The notes under the pieces were generated by a model that had not been told where the DNA came from, did not search any database, and saw only the letters and a program-made list of their open reading frames with translations. Of a stretch of DNA of 64,000 bases, positions 1 to 12,071 are shown one piece after another; the first letter of the stretch is position 1; each line of letters begins with the position of its first letter. The DNA is from SAR202 cluster bacterium (GTDB lineage Bacteria; Chloroflexota; Dehalococcoidia; Lucifugimonadales; Australimonadaceae): contig VGZX01000006.1 in NCBI GenBank assembly GCA_016872415.1, positions 3,298 to 67,297 on the forward strand, given 5' to 3'. Both the position numbers and the translations under genes were made by a program.

Positions 1-1223
1 TGGCATTCAAGTTCATGTTCCTCGGCGCCGGCATCGCCGTCGTGCTCATGTCAATCGAGTACGTCGGCTCGCGCATCCGTCACCCCGGCGAATACTACGC
101 GCTGCTCGTGTTCTCCGTGCTCGGCGCCGTGTTGCTCGCGGGCGCCGGCGACCTGCTCGTCGCCTACATATCGCTGGAACTGCTCTCGTTCAGCCTCTAC
201 ATCCTGGTGGCGATGAGCCGGGGCGACCGCCGTTCCGCCGAGGCGAGCACGAAATACATCCTGCTCGGAGCCCTGTCGTCGGCGCTCATGCTCTACGGCA
301 TCAGCATGCTCTACGGCCCATCCGGCACCACCAGCTTCCGAGGGCTCGCCGGGTTCCTCTTCTACAACTTCTCGCCCACCGTCGCGGTCGGCTTCGCGCT
401 GTTCGTCGCCGGACTCGGCTTCAAGCTCTCGGTCGTGCCGTTCCACTTGTGGGCGCCCGACGTTTACGAGGGCGCGCCGACGCCGGTGACGGCACACATC
501 TCGGTGCTGTCCAAGGCGGCCGCGTTCGCGCTGGCGCTGCGCTTCTTCATCGAGGCGGGCAGCCCCACGCACGAGCGGTGGGCGCTGGCGCTGGCGGTTC
601 TGGCGGCGCTCACCATGGCCGTCGGCACGCTCACGGCGCTGCCGCAGCGCAACATCAAGCGCCTCATGGCTTACAGCAGCATCGCCCAGGTCGGCTTCGT
701 GCTCATGGGCATCGTCGCCAACACGCCGCTAGCGACCGACGCCGTACTGCTGCACCTTGCGGGCTACGCCTTCACCAACCTGGCCGCGTTCATGGCGATC
801 ATCGCCCTGGAGCACCGCACCGGCAACGAGGAGATCGCGGGCTTCGCGGGGCTGGCGGCCCGGGCGCCATTCGCGGCCATGGTGCTCAGCGCGGCACTCT
901 TCTCGCTCGCGGGGCTGCCATTCTTCGCGGGGTTCGTCACCAAGTTCTATCTATTCACCGCCACCGCCGACGCGGGCTACATTTGGCTGGTGGTGGTCGC
1001 CGTGCTCGGCAGCCTCATCTCGCTTTATTACTACATCATGGTCATGAAGCAGATGTACATGGGCACGGCCGCCGACGGCAAGCCGCTGGCCGTGTCGCGC
1101 CTCACGTTCGCCACGCTGCTGCTGCTGTTCGCCGGCATCGTGGCGATTGGCATCTACCCCGCGCCCTTCGCGGAGGCGCTCGAATCGGCGACAGCGGTCT
1201 TCGCTCCGTTCGCCGGCCGATAG
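1..1223 (+). CDS. nuoN: NADH-quinone oxidoreductase subunit N, 5' end cut by the window edge
   Basis: The reading frame is open from nt 3. Polytopic membrane protein with NuoN/ND2-type blocks (LELLSFSLYILVA, MAYSSIAQVGF). High GC3. Confidence 0.9.
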   Translation, partial: AFKFMFLGAGIAVVLMSIEYVGSRIRHPGEYYALLVFSVLGAVLLAGAGDLLVAYISLELLSFSLYILVAMSRGDRRSAEASTKYILLGALSSALMLYGISMLYGPSGTTSFRGLAGFLFYNFSPTVAVGFALFVAGLGFKLSVVPFHLWAPDVYEGAPTPVTAHISVLSKAAAFALALRFFIEAGSPTHERWALALAVLAALTMAVGTLTALPQRNIKRLMAYSSIAQVGFVLMGIVANTPLATDAVLLHLAGYAFTNLAAFMAIIALEHRTGNEEIAGFAGLAARAPFAAMVLSAALFSLAGLPFFAGFVTKFYLFTATADAGYIWLVVVAVLGSLISLYYYIMVMKQMYMGTAADGKPLAVSRLTFATLLLLFAGIVAIGIYPAPFAEALESATAVFAPFAGR

Positions 1224-1307
1224 CGAGCGGCGCCAAGCCCGCCGTTCGTCGCGGGCCGCGGTGGATGCTAGAATCGTCGGCGCAACATCGTCCCGGAAGG
1301 GTTGCCC

Positions 1308-1862
1308 ATGACAAGCCCCGATGCCGTCGTTCCTCCCCCGGCCAATGGCGTCGAAACCAGACCACTCATCATCTCGGTCATTGGAGGAGGCTCTCCGCCT
1401 CCGCGCGCGCTGGCCCTGGCGGTCGAGGTCGGCCGCGAGCTGGCGAAGCGCGGCTGCGTGGTCGCCTGTGGCGGGCTGGGCGGCGTCATGGAGGCTGTGT
1501 GCCGTGGCGCCAAATCGGCGGGTGGCGTCACCATCGGCATCATGCCCGGTAACGAGGCGCGCGCCGCCAACCCTTACGTCGACTATCCCATCGTCACCGG
1601 CATGGGCTTCGCCCGCAACGTCATCGTGGCGAAGACTGGCCGCGCCGTGATCGCCATCGATGGCGCCTTCGGCACGCTGTCGGAGATCGGCCACGCCCTC
1701 GGCGACGGCATACCGGTCGTCGGGCTCGAAACGTGGCAGCTGCCCGTCCGCGTGGACCTGCCCATCAAGATCGAGGTCGCCGAGTCGCCCAAGGATGCCG
1801 TCGACAGGGCAATCGCCGCGGCCCGTGCCCGCGATGTGCGCGAGCGCGCCGGGTTGCACTAG
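1308..1862 (+). CDS. TIGR00725/LOG-family (lysine-decarboxylase-like Rossmann) protein
   Basis: ACGGLGGVMEAV glycine-rich core and an IDGAFGTLSE block resembling the LOG PGGxGTxxE motif. ATG 1308 preferred over the TTG at 1302. Confidence 0.75.
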   Translation: MTSPDAVVPPPANGVETRPLIISVIGGGSPPPRALALAVEVGRELAKRGCVVACGGLGGVMEAVCRGAKSAGGVTIGIMPGNEARAANPYVDYPIVTGMGFARNVIVAKTGRAVIAIDGAFGTLSEIGHALGDGIPVVGLETWQLPVRVDLPIKIEVAESPKDAVDRAIAAARARDVRERAGLH

Positions 1863-1881
1863 CCGTCACCAACCGCCATAA

Positions 1882-3186
<1,305 letters not shown>

Positions 3187-3200
3187 GGCGCCCTCTGCTC

Positions 3201-4622
3201 CTACCCCACGTCGGCCGGGCTTCGCGCGGGCGCTTGCGGCCCACGCGCCGCGCGCCACAGGGCGGGGAGCGCGTATGACAGCGTCATGCCGGCCGCGAAG
3301 ACGAGCGCCGTCACCGTCATGACGGAGCGGAAGCCGCTGGCCGCTTGCGCCGCCGTGCCGCCGACGTCGGCGTAGATCGCCGAGAACACGCCCGCGGCGA
3401 TGCCCGTGCCCACCGCCTGGCTCAGGTGCCTGCCCAGTCCCATCGTCCCGCCCGCCATCGCGAACTGGTCCTTCGGCATCGCGGCATACGCCTGCTGCTG
3501 GTTCGCGATGCCCACCATCGAGTTGGCCAGGCCATAGAGGATGAGGCACGGCGCGAGCACGAGGATGGACCCCGAGGTGCCCCACACCGCCAGGCCGACG
3601 AGGCCGGATAGCTGCACGACCGCGCTCGCGACGACGACGGTGGCCGACCCGAAGCGGTCCGTTAGGAAACCGGCGACGAACGAGGCCGGCGGCCGGCCCA
3701 CGCTATACCACACCATGACGGCGCCGGCGTAGGCGGCGGTCCACCCCAGGCCTTGGATGAAGAAAATGGGCAAGATGTAGACGGCGACGCCGTGCGAATA
3801 GTTGAACAGGAAGTTGTGTATCTGCGGCACCAGCGCGCTGGCACGCTTGAAGATGCGGACCGGTAGCGTGGCGTACTTCACGCGCGACTCGTACACCAGG
3901 AAGGCGACCGCCAGCAGCACGCCGACCGCCATCAGCGCCCACGGCCACGCCTCGCTGGTGCGTCGCGCCATCTGCAAGCCGATGATGAACGGGGCGACTC
4001 CCGCCATGAGCAGCACCGCGCCCGGCATGTCGAACTCACGGATGCCGGGACGCGCGCGCGTCTGCACGGCGCCCTCGCGCAGCATCGCCTGGCCGACGAC
4101 CGTGACGATGAGAATGAGCAACGCGCCGAGACCGAACACCCAACGCCACCCTAGGCCGTCCGTGATCGTGCCGACGCCGAGCGGCACGACGAGCATGCCG
4201 CTGCCGACGAGGCCGGACGAGAAGCCGAGGACTCGCCCGCGCTCCTCGCGGGGGAACGCGGCGACCGCGAACGCCTGGAAGTTCGGCACGGCCATGCTGT
4301 GGACGAGCCCCTGCAGGAAGCGCATGGCGATGACCAACGGCAGATTGGGCATGAACATGATGGAGCCCATGAGCACTACCTCGAGATAGCTGCCCATGAG
4401 CGCGACCCGCTTGTGGCCCAGCAGGTCGCCCATGTGCGACGCGGGGACGAACGCGCCCGCCATCGCCAGCGAGTAGGCGAGGGACACCCATGACGTGTAG
4501 GCGACGGAGGTGCCGAACTCCTCACCTATGGCGGGCTGCAGGACGGGGACGCCGATGAGCGGCACCAGCGTCACGATCAGCCATGAGGCGCTCAGCGTCG
4601 CGGCGCGCCATTTATACGGCAT
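3201..4622 (-). CDS. MFS transporter (DHA2/EmrB-like, many TM helices)
   Basis: Hydrophobic multi-TM protein with an MFS-like N-terminus (KWRAATLSASWLIVTLVPLIG...). The ORF extends to 4802, but ATG 4622 has GGAG 9 nt upstream; ATG 4691 is an alternative start. Confidence 0.8.
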   Translation of the reverse strand: MPYKWRAATLSASWLIVTLVPLIGVPVLQPAIGEEFGTSVAYTSWVSLAYSLAMAGAFVPASHMGDLLGHKRVALMGSYLEVVLMGSIMFMPNLPLVIAMRFLQGLVHSMAVPNFQAFAVAAFPREERGRVLGFSSGLVGSGMLVVPLGVGTITDGLGWRWVFGLGALLILIVTVVGQAMLREGAVQTRARPGIREFDMPGAVLLMAGVAPFIIGLQMARRTSEAWPWALMAVGVLLAVAFLVYESRVKYATLPVRIFKRASALVPQIHNFLFNYSHGVAVYILPIFFIQGLGWTAAYAGAVMVWYSVGRPPASFVAGFLTDRFGSATVVVASAVVQLSGLVGLAVWGTSGSILVLAPCLILYGLANSMVGIANQQQAYAAMPKDQFAMAGGTMGLGRHLSQAVGTGIAAGVFSAIYADVGGTAAQAASGFRSVMTVTALVFAAGMTLSYALPALWRAARGPQAPARSPADVG

Positions 4623-5057
4623 TCGCCAACACTCCACGTGCGCAAGGCCCTTGTCGTCTCGTTCGAGTAGGCGCTGCGAGGTGGGCTTCATTGTACCCAG
4701 GGGCGGCGCAATCACCAACACGGGGTTGTACCGTTGCGGTGCCTTGCCCGGTGCCCGCCGGCCTTGTAGCATAGCCCTGCAAGGCAATGGTGAGAGCGCC
4801 ATGCAATTTCCAGAAGGAGCTGGTGTCGTTGCGGCGTATCCAGCAGGCGCTCGCGCCGGTATCGCGTGAGTCCGTCGCCGTCAAGAAGGCGATGGTGTTT
4901 GGCCTCACGCGCGAGGCGACGCAACGAGCCCAGCGACCTCGACCTCAATATCGTGGCCGATGCTTTGCAACGAGTGAAGGTCATCCATGAAGCCCGACCG
5001 GCAGGGGGCGTTCTCTAGATCCATGGCCCGCCACCACACGCAGCAGGAGGCAACGGA

Positions 5058-6071
<1,014 letters not shown>

Positions 6072-6091
6072 CCGCGGACCCACCGCAACAC

Positions 6092-6127
6092 GGGGGAGCC
6101 TTTGCATGTAAGGCTCCCCTTTTTGTT
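6092..6127 (+). terminator. rho-independent terminator after gap
   Basis: GGGGAGCCTT (6093-6102) pairs with AAGGCTCCCC (6110-6119) across a 7-nt loop, followed by TTTTTGTT. Confidence 0.8.
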
Positions 6128-6172
6128 GCCCAAGCCACGATCGCGGGCCAACGCCGCACGTAGTTTCTGGTG

Positions 6173-9100
6173 ATGCCCAACGCGCCGCCAGGTAGAATGC
6201 CCTCGCTTATGGTTTCCACAGCCCGGCCGGAGCAGGCCACGCGACCACCCGTGCTGACGCGGCAACGCCTGCTGCTGCTCCTGCCGTTCCTCATCACCGC
6301 CGTCGCGCTCGGCCTGCGGCTCACCGCCCTCCAATGGGACGGCGGGAACTTCTACCACCCGGACGAACGCTCCATCTACCTGCGCGTCGACTGCATGTAC
6401 CGGGTGCTCACCGACGACCCCGGCTGGCCGTCATGCGTCAACCGCGACTTCCCCGAGCCCATGCCCGGCATACCCTCGCTTGGAACGTTCTTCGACGCCG
6501 ACCGCAGCCCGCTCAACCCCCGCTGGTTCCCGCTCGGCAGCATCCTGCTATACGTCCTCGTCCTGATTCGCTGGGCGATGGACTGGTTCATGGACCAGGT
6601 GCGCCTGCAAGACCTGGCGAGCGCCGGCCGCGCGTTCTCCGCCTTCGCCGACACGGCCAGCGTGTTGCTGCTGTTCGCGCTGGGCAAGCGCGTGTTCAAC
6701 CACGCCGTGGGGCTCATCGCGGCGGCGCTATTCGCGTTCAGCCCCGCGTTCATCCAACTGGCCCACTTCTACCGCCCCGAGTCGTTCTCCGTGCTCCTGG
6801 CGCTGGTCGCCTTCTGGCGCATGCTCGACCTGCTGGACAAGGGCCGGCTGCGCGACCACGCATGGCTCGGCATCGCGGTCGGCGCCAACTTCGCCGTCAA
6901 GGCGACCAGCATCCCGCTGCTGGCTCCCGTGGCCCTCACTTACGTCATCTTGCTCTACCGCCAGCGCCGGGCCGCCGAAACGGGCAGCGTGGCCGGCCCC
7001 GTCGTCAGCCGCGCCGTCGTCATGGGCGTCGTGGCGCTCGCCGCCTTCGCGGTGCTGCAGCCGTATGCCCTCATCGACTGGACCAAGTTCGCCGCCGACC
7101 TCACGTGGGAGGCGGGCATCGCCCGCGAGGCCGGCCGCGTGCCCTACACCATGCAATACATCGGCGTCGACAAGGGCACCTACGAGCTGCGCCAGTCGGC
7201 GGTGTGGGCGTTGGGGCTGCCGCTGGGCATCGTCGCCTGGCTTGGGCTGGCGCTCAGCAGCGTGCGCGCGTGGTCGCGCGCGCGCACCGGCGAGGCACTG
7301 CTCGTCGCCTGGGTGCTCGTCTTCCTTGCCTCCATCGTCACGTTCGACGTCAAGTTCCTGCGCTACGTGGCGCCGGTGCTGCCGGTCATGTCGCTGTTGG
7401 GGGCCCGCTGGCTGTGGTCGGCGCACCAGTGGGCACGGGGGCGCCGAGTGCTGCTCACGCGGGCCACGGCCGGCGTCATGGCGTTCGTCCTGTTCGCCAC
7501 CGCGTTCTTCGGGTTGGCGTTCGTCAACGCCTACGGCAAGCCGCACCCCGGGATGCAGGCCTCCACTTGGGTAAACGACAACGTGCCGGCGGGCACGCCC
7601 ATCGTCACCGACAACCACTGGGACGAAGGGTTCGCCAACCTGGGACGGTATCCCGTCAGCCAGATACCCATGTTCGACGGCGATTCCGTGGCGAAGTTGC
7701 GCGCGGTGTCCGAGCGCGTGGCGGGCGCCGGCTACATCCTCCAATACAGCAACCGCACCTGGGGCGTGATCAGCCGCATCCCGCACCGCTACCCGCAGAG
7801 CTCGGCGTTCTACGAATTGCTGTTCGCCGGCGAGCTGGGCTTCCAGCTAGAACAGGCCTTCGCGCGCTACCCGTCGCTGCTCGGCGTCACCTTCACGCAC
7901 GACCCGTTCACCCGGGCGGGCCTCGCGCGCCCCGAGACGCTGCCGGGCATCGACGGCGGCTTGCGGCTGAACCTGGGCTATGCCGACGAGAACGTGATGA
8001 ACTACGACCGCCCCCTGGTGTTGGCATGGCGCAACGTGGGGCAACTGTCGGCCGAGGAGATATTCGACCGCGTGAGCGCCGTCGCGGCGCGGCGACAAAT
8101 CGCCAGTGTCGAGCCCGCGATGCTGACGCCCGTGGAGGTGGCGACGCAGCAGGACGGTGGCACCTGGACGGAGATCTTCAACGAAGGCGGCTTGTGGGGC
8201 TGGGCACCGGCGGTGGTGCTGATGTGGCTGCTGCTGGTCGAGCTCATCTTCGTCGTCACGCTGCCACTGGCGATGACCTTGATGCGCTGGCTGCCGGACC
8301 GCGGCATCGCGCTGGCGAAGCCGTTCGGCATCCTGCTGGTGTCGTGGGTCGCCTGGTGGGGCACCAACGCCGGGCTTTGGCGGTTCACCGCGCGCGGCGT
8401 ATTCGCGGCCGTCGGCATCGTGGCGATCGTGTCGCTGGCCGTCTACCTGCGGAACGGCGCCTCGATCCGGACGGCGCTGCGCGAGCGCCGGCGTTACCTC
8501 GTGCTCGTCGAGGTCCTTTTCCTCGCGGCGTTCCTCGCGTTCGTCCTCATCCGCGCCGCGAACCCCGACTTCTGGCACCCCTATCGCGGCGGCGAGAAGC
8601 CGATGGACTTGTCGTACCTCACCGCCGTGGTGCGCTCATCGACGATGCCGCCCTACGACCCGTGGTACGGCGGCGGCTATATCAACTACTACTACTACGG
8701 CCACTTCATCGTCAGCATGCTCATCAAGGCCATGCGCATCGTGCCCGACGTCTCCTACAACCTGGCGGTAGCGCTGCTGTTCGCGCTCACGTTCGCCGGC
8801 GCGTTCAGCGTCGGCTTCAACCTGGCCGAGGCGATACGCCAGCGCCGCTACCCGCACCTCTCGCCGGGCGGCGCCCTCTTCGCCGGGGTCGCGGTGGCGA
8901 TGCTGACGGTGGTGCTCGCCAATGTCGACGGCATGGCGCAGCTGTTCCAAGGTGCGTGGCGGGCCATGAACGGCGAGCCCTTCTGCGCCCAATGGGCCGG
9001 CGTGTGCGATTTCTGGCGCAGCAGCCGCATGATGCCGGGGCAAATCAACATCACCGAGTTCCCGTTCTGGACGTTCATCTTCGCCGACCTCCACGCGCAC

Positions 9101-10585
9101 CTCATCGCCATCCCCTTCGCCGTCCTCGCCCTCGGCCTCATGGTCAACGTGCTGCTCAGCGCGCGCGGTTTCCGCCACCTGGCGGCGGCGCTCGCCCCAT
9201 TGGCGCTCGCCATTGGCTCGCTCATGGCGATCAACACATGGGACGTTCCCGCTTACGGCCTGCTCGCCGTCGCCGTCATCGGCCTCTACCTGTTGGCGCA
9301 CGCCCGCGAGCTGCGGCCGACCACCGGCGCGCTCTGGATCGTATCCTCCGCCGTCTTCTGGATGGCCGCCTACCTCGCGTTCCTGCCATTCCACCAGCGG
9401 TTCGAATCGCCGATCGCCGGCGTGCACGCGAGCCAATGGCGCACAGTGCTGTGGCACTACATCGCCATCCACGCGCTGTTCCTGTGGATCGTCGTCACCT
9501 GGCTGCTGGTCGAGCTCTATCGCCGCTTCCTCGCGCCACCGGAGTCGCCCCCGCCGCACCTCATGGAGCGCCGGCGCATCACCGGGCTGCTGCTGGTGGC
9601 TGCCGGCGCGCTCGTGGTCGCCCTGCTCATGCTGAACGAGGGCCTGCGCGATTGGACGACCGTCGGCATGCTGGCCCTACTGCTCGGCGTCACGCTCGTG
9701 CTTGGCTCCTGGTGGCTCGCGCGCCGCCGCGCCCCGGATGCCGCGCCGCAACTCTTCCTGCTCGTGCTCGTCGCCATGGCCTTCGGAATCGGCATTGGCG
9801 TCGACTTCGTCACCGTCGATAACGACATCGACCGCATGAACACCGTCTTCAAACTCTATCTCAACTCGTGGGTGTTCCTATCGGTGGCCGGCGGCGTGGG
9901 GTTGTGGCTGCTGTGGGCAGGCGGCTTCATGCAGTGGCACCCCGACCGCGCGGTGCTCTACCTGCGGAGCGTATGGCTCGGCGTGCTGGCCCTGCTGGTG
10001 ATCAGTAGCGCCACGTTCCTGTGGGTCGGCGTGAAGGCGCGCATCGCCGACCGCTTCAACCCCCTGCCGTTCACGCTCGACGGCACCGCGTTCATGGCCT
10101 CGACCGTCTACGGCGACCCCGGGCCCAACGGCCGCGGCAACGCGCCGGGCTCCCGGTATCCGCTGTCCCATGACTGGGAAGCGCTGAACTACATGCGCCG
10201 TCACATCGAAGGCTCGCCCATCGTGCTCGAGGGCGCGACCGACCAGTACCGTTGGACGCCTCGGGTGGCCGTCTACACCGGCCTGCCCCTCGTCGTGGGG
10301 TGGGAATGGCATCAGCTGCAACAGCGCGGCGCGAGCGGCAATCGCCCCGAGTTCGTGCGGCGCCGTGTGCAAGACGCGCGGACGATCTACGCCACGGTCG
10401 ATGTCGGCATCGCCGAGGAGTTGCTGCGCCGCTACGACGTGTCGTACGTGTACGTCGGCCCGACGGAGCGGCTCTACTTCCCCGAGGACGGCATCGCCAA
10501 GTTTCAAGCCATGGTCGGGAAGTCCCTCGAGGTGTTCCACGAGAACGACGCGGTGACGATTTACCGGGTCACGCACATTAACTGA
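6173..10585 (+). CDS. giant polytopic membrane protein: GT-C (ArnT/PMT-like) N-terminal module plus Chlor_Arch_YYY/DUF2298-type region
   Basis: 1471-aa ORF with dozens of hydrophobic segments. It has a GNFYHPDERSIY loop motif near the N-terminus, GGYINYYYYGHF (tac x4 at 8686-8697), and a soluble C-terminal domain. The start is uncertain (GTG 6170, ATG 6173/6197/6209; no clear SD). Confidence 0.8.
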   Translation: MPNAPPGRMPSLMVSTARPEQATRPPVLTRQRLLLLLPFLITAVALGLRLTALQWDGGNFYHPDERSIYLRVDCMYRVLTDDPGWPSCVNRDFPEPMPGIPSLGTFFDADRSPLNPRWFPLGSILLYVLVLIRWAMDWFMDQVRLQDLASAGRAFSAFADTASVLLLFALGKRVFNHAVGLIAAALFAFSPAFIQLAHFYRPESFSVLLALVAFWRMLDLLDKGRLRDHAWLGIAVGANFAVKATSIPLLAPVALTYVILLYRQRRAAETGSVAGPVVSRAVVMGVVALAAFAVLQPYALIDWTKFAADLTWEAGIAREAGRVPYTMQYIGVDKGTYELRQSAVWALGLPLGIVAWLGLALSSVRAWSRARTGEALLVAWVLVFLASIVTFDVKFLRYVAPVLPVMSLLGARWLWSAHQWARGRRVLLTRATAGVMAFVLFATAFFGLAFVNAYGKPHPGMQASTWVNDNVPAGTPIVTDNHWDEGFANLGRYPVSQIPMFDGDSVAKLRAVSERVAGAGYILQYSNRTWGVISRIPHRYPQSSAFYELLFAGELGFQLEQAFARYPSLLGVTFTHDPFTRAGLARPETLPGIDGGLRLNLGYADENVMNYDRPLVLAWRNVGQLSAEEIFDRVSAVAARRQIASVEPAMLTPVEVATQQDGGTWTEIFNEGGLWGWAPAVVLMWLLLVELIFVVTLPLAMTLMRWLPDRGIALAKPFGILLVSWVAWWGTNAGLWRFTARGVFAAVGIVAIVSLAVYLRNGASIRTALRERRRYLVLVEVLFLAAFLAFVLIRAANPDFWHPYRGGEKPMDLSYLTAVVRSSTMPPYDPWYGGGYINYYYYGHFIVSMLIKAMRIVPDVSYNLAVALLFALTFAGAFSVGFNLAEAIRQRRYPHLSPGGALFAGVAVAMLTVVLANVDGMAQLFQGAWRAMNGEPFCAQWAGVCDFWRSSRMMPGQINITEFPFWTFIFADLHAHLIAIPFAVLALGLMVNVLLSARGFRHLAAALAPLALAIGSLMAINTWDVPAYGLLAVAVIGLYLLAHARELRPTTGALWIVSSAVFWMAAYLAFLPFHQRFESPIAGVHASQWRTVLWHYIAIHALFLWIVVTWLLVELYRRFLAPPESPPPHLMERRRITGLLLVAAGALVVALLMLNEGLRDWTTVGMLALLLGVTLVLGSWWLARRRAPDAAPQLFLLVLVAMAFGIGIGVDFVTVDNDIDRMNTVFKLYLNSWVFLSVAGGVGLWLLWAGGFMQWHPDRAVLYLRSVWLGVLALLVISSATFLWVGVKARIADRFNPLPFTLDGTAFMASTVYGDPGPNGRGNAPGSRYPLSHDWEALNYMRRHIEGSPIVLEGATDQYRWTPRVAVYTGLPLVVGWEWHQLQQRGASGNRPEFVRRRVQDARTIYATVDVGIAEELLRRYDVSYVYVGPTERLYFPEDGIAKFQAMVGKSLEVFHENDAVTIYRVTHIN

Positions 10586-10650
10586 AGCGCCAGCGGCTTC
10601 TCACACCGCCGGAGGATTTGAGCAGGGGGTGTCGCCCGTACTGTTGCCGC

Positions 10651-11022
10651 ATGATTATTCCCCTCGTCGCCGTCGAGACGGTCCGCGATTATTTCCTGAT
10701 CGTGTACCTGGCGGGCGCCATTCTCCTCACCGTCGGCCTCATGGCCGTGGTCTATCTGCTCTACCGCTCGGTCAGGAAACTGATGGGCTCCGCGCAGACG
10801 GCGATGTCGTCCGCGCAGGAGGCCGCCGAGGAGTGGAAGCACGTGGGCGAGCGCGCGGCCGAGGAGGTGGTGCGTCCCATTGGCGAGGCGGCCGCCCTCA
10901 TCGCGACGATCGGCTCCGGCCAGCTGGGCGCGCGCGGTGCGCGGCATCGCCAACATCTTCCGGCGCGGCCCCCGGGCCGAGCAGGACGAGGCTGCGTGAG
11001 CAACGCCGCTCAGGCGGCGTAA
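10651..11022 (+). CDS. hypothetical small membrane protein; 3' end ambiguous (apparent frame switch)
   Basis: One TM helix (FLIVYLAGAILLTVGLMAVVYLLY) followed by a helical acidic segment, with very high GC3 up to ~10930. After the gcgcgcgcg run, GC3 is high in the +1 frame instead (…VRGIANIFRRGPRAEQDEAA, stop 10997-10999). Confidence 0.5.
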   Translation: MIIPLVAVETVRDYFLIVYLAGAILLTVGLMAVVYLLYRSVRKLMGSAQTAMSSAQEAAEEWKHVGERAAEEVVRPIGEAAALIATIGSGQLGARGARHRQHLPARPPGRAGRGCVSNAAQAA

Positions 11023-11945
11023 CGCGGGTACGAGCCGAACACCTTGAGTAGCGACGCCATGGCCTCCACGCGCCCCAGCGCCTCGCGCACCGGCGGGTCG
11101 TCGCGGTGCCCTTCGATGTCGACCAGGAAGTAATAGTGGCCGAGGCGCTCCCGCGTCGGCCGCGATTCGACCTTGCTCAGGTTCAGCCCGCGCCTCGCGA
11201 ACTCGCCCATCACCGCATACAGCTGCCCGGGCTTGTCCTCGTTGAACGAGAAGCAGATCGACGTCTTATCGCGGCCCGTGCGCTCGCGATCGGCGCGGCC
11301 CAACACCACGAAGCGCGTCACGTTATTGGCGTCGTCCTGAATACCCGACGCGATGATCTCGCCGCCATACAGCTCGGCGGCGCGGCGCGGCGCGATGGCG
11401 GCGGCCGTGCCATCGGCGCCCATCACCTGCTCCACCGCGGCGGCGGTGCTCAACGCGGCGGCCGCGGCGGCGAGCGGGAACTCCCGTTCCAAGTAGCGCC
11501 GGCATTGGCCGAGCGCCTGAGGGTGGGAATAGATGGTCTTGATCGCCTCGCGCCGGGTGCCGGGCTTCACAATCAGCTGGTGCGCGATCGGTATGGCGAT
11601 CTCCCCGCGGATGCGAAGCCCCGGCTCGTGGATCAGCATGTCGAGCGTATCGGTGACGGCGCCCTGCAGGCTGTTCTCGATCGGCGTCACCGCCTCGTCG
11701 GCATCGCCATTCAGCACCGCCCGCGCCGTCAGAATGATCGTGGCGTACGGTTCATACTCGGCGTCCGAGCCGCCGTGCTTGCGGGCGGCCTCCTCGGTAT
11801 AGGTTCCGGCGGGGCCGAAATAGGCGATCCGGCGCCGTGTGTGTGGCTTATCGTCCGCGGCTGTCACCGTCGCTCCTTCGGCCGCTGCGCGGCGCGGAAC
11901 GCCATCCGGCGCCGGGCGCGGCGAGGCGATGATAGGGCGCGCCAT
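11010..11945 (-). CDS. pheA: prephenate dehydratase
   Basis: IAYFGPAGTYTEEA N-terminal PDT block and a C-terminal ACT domain (TSICFSF…KPGQLY…NLSKVESRP). ATG 11945 chosen; the N-terminal extension is uncertain. Confidence 0.85.
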   Translation of the reverse strand: MARPIIASPRPAPDGVPRRAAAEGATVTAADDKPHTRRRIAYFGPAGTYTEEAARKHGGSDAEYEPYATIILTARAVLNGDADEAVTPIENSLQGAVTDTLDMLIHEPGLRIRGEIAIPIAHQLIVKPGTRREAIKTIYSHPQALGQCRRYLEREFPLAAAAAALSTAAAVEQVMGADGTAAAIAPRRAAELYGGEIIASGIQDDANNVTRFVVLGRADRERTGRDKTSICFSFNEDKPGQLYAVMGEFARRGLNLSKVESRPTRERLGHYYFLVDIEGHRDDPPVREALGRVEAMASLLKVFGSYPRYAA

Positions 11946-12071
11946 GGGGCGTGTCAACGCGAGGGCGCCGTAGACTGGTAAATGGCGTCCTTGAATCGGA
12001 GCAAGAATCGGGTTGTCTTATTCGCGCCGGGTGTCCATACTACAAGCATCATCCCCTGCAAGAGGCCCCCC

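Noticed and set aside
4692-5057. About 365-nt gap between the MFS gene and gap. It contains ORF 4787-4990 and a possible two-frame small gene (…RRIQQALAPVSRESVAVKKAMVFGLTREA / …SDLDLNIVADALQRVKVIHEARP).
   Set aside because: There is no recognisable family, a weak or mis-spaced SD, and GC3 support that switches frame mid-way. It could be a decayed small gene, but I cannot support a call.
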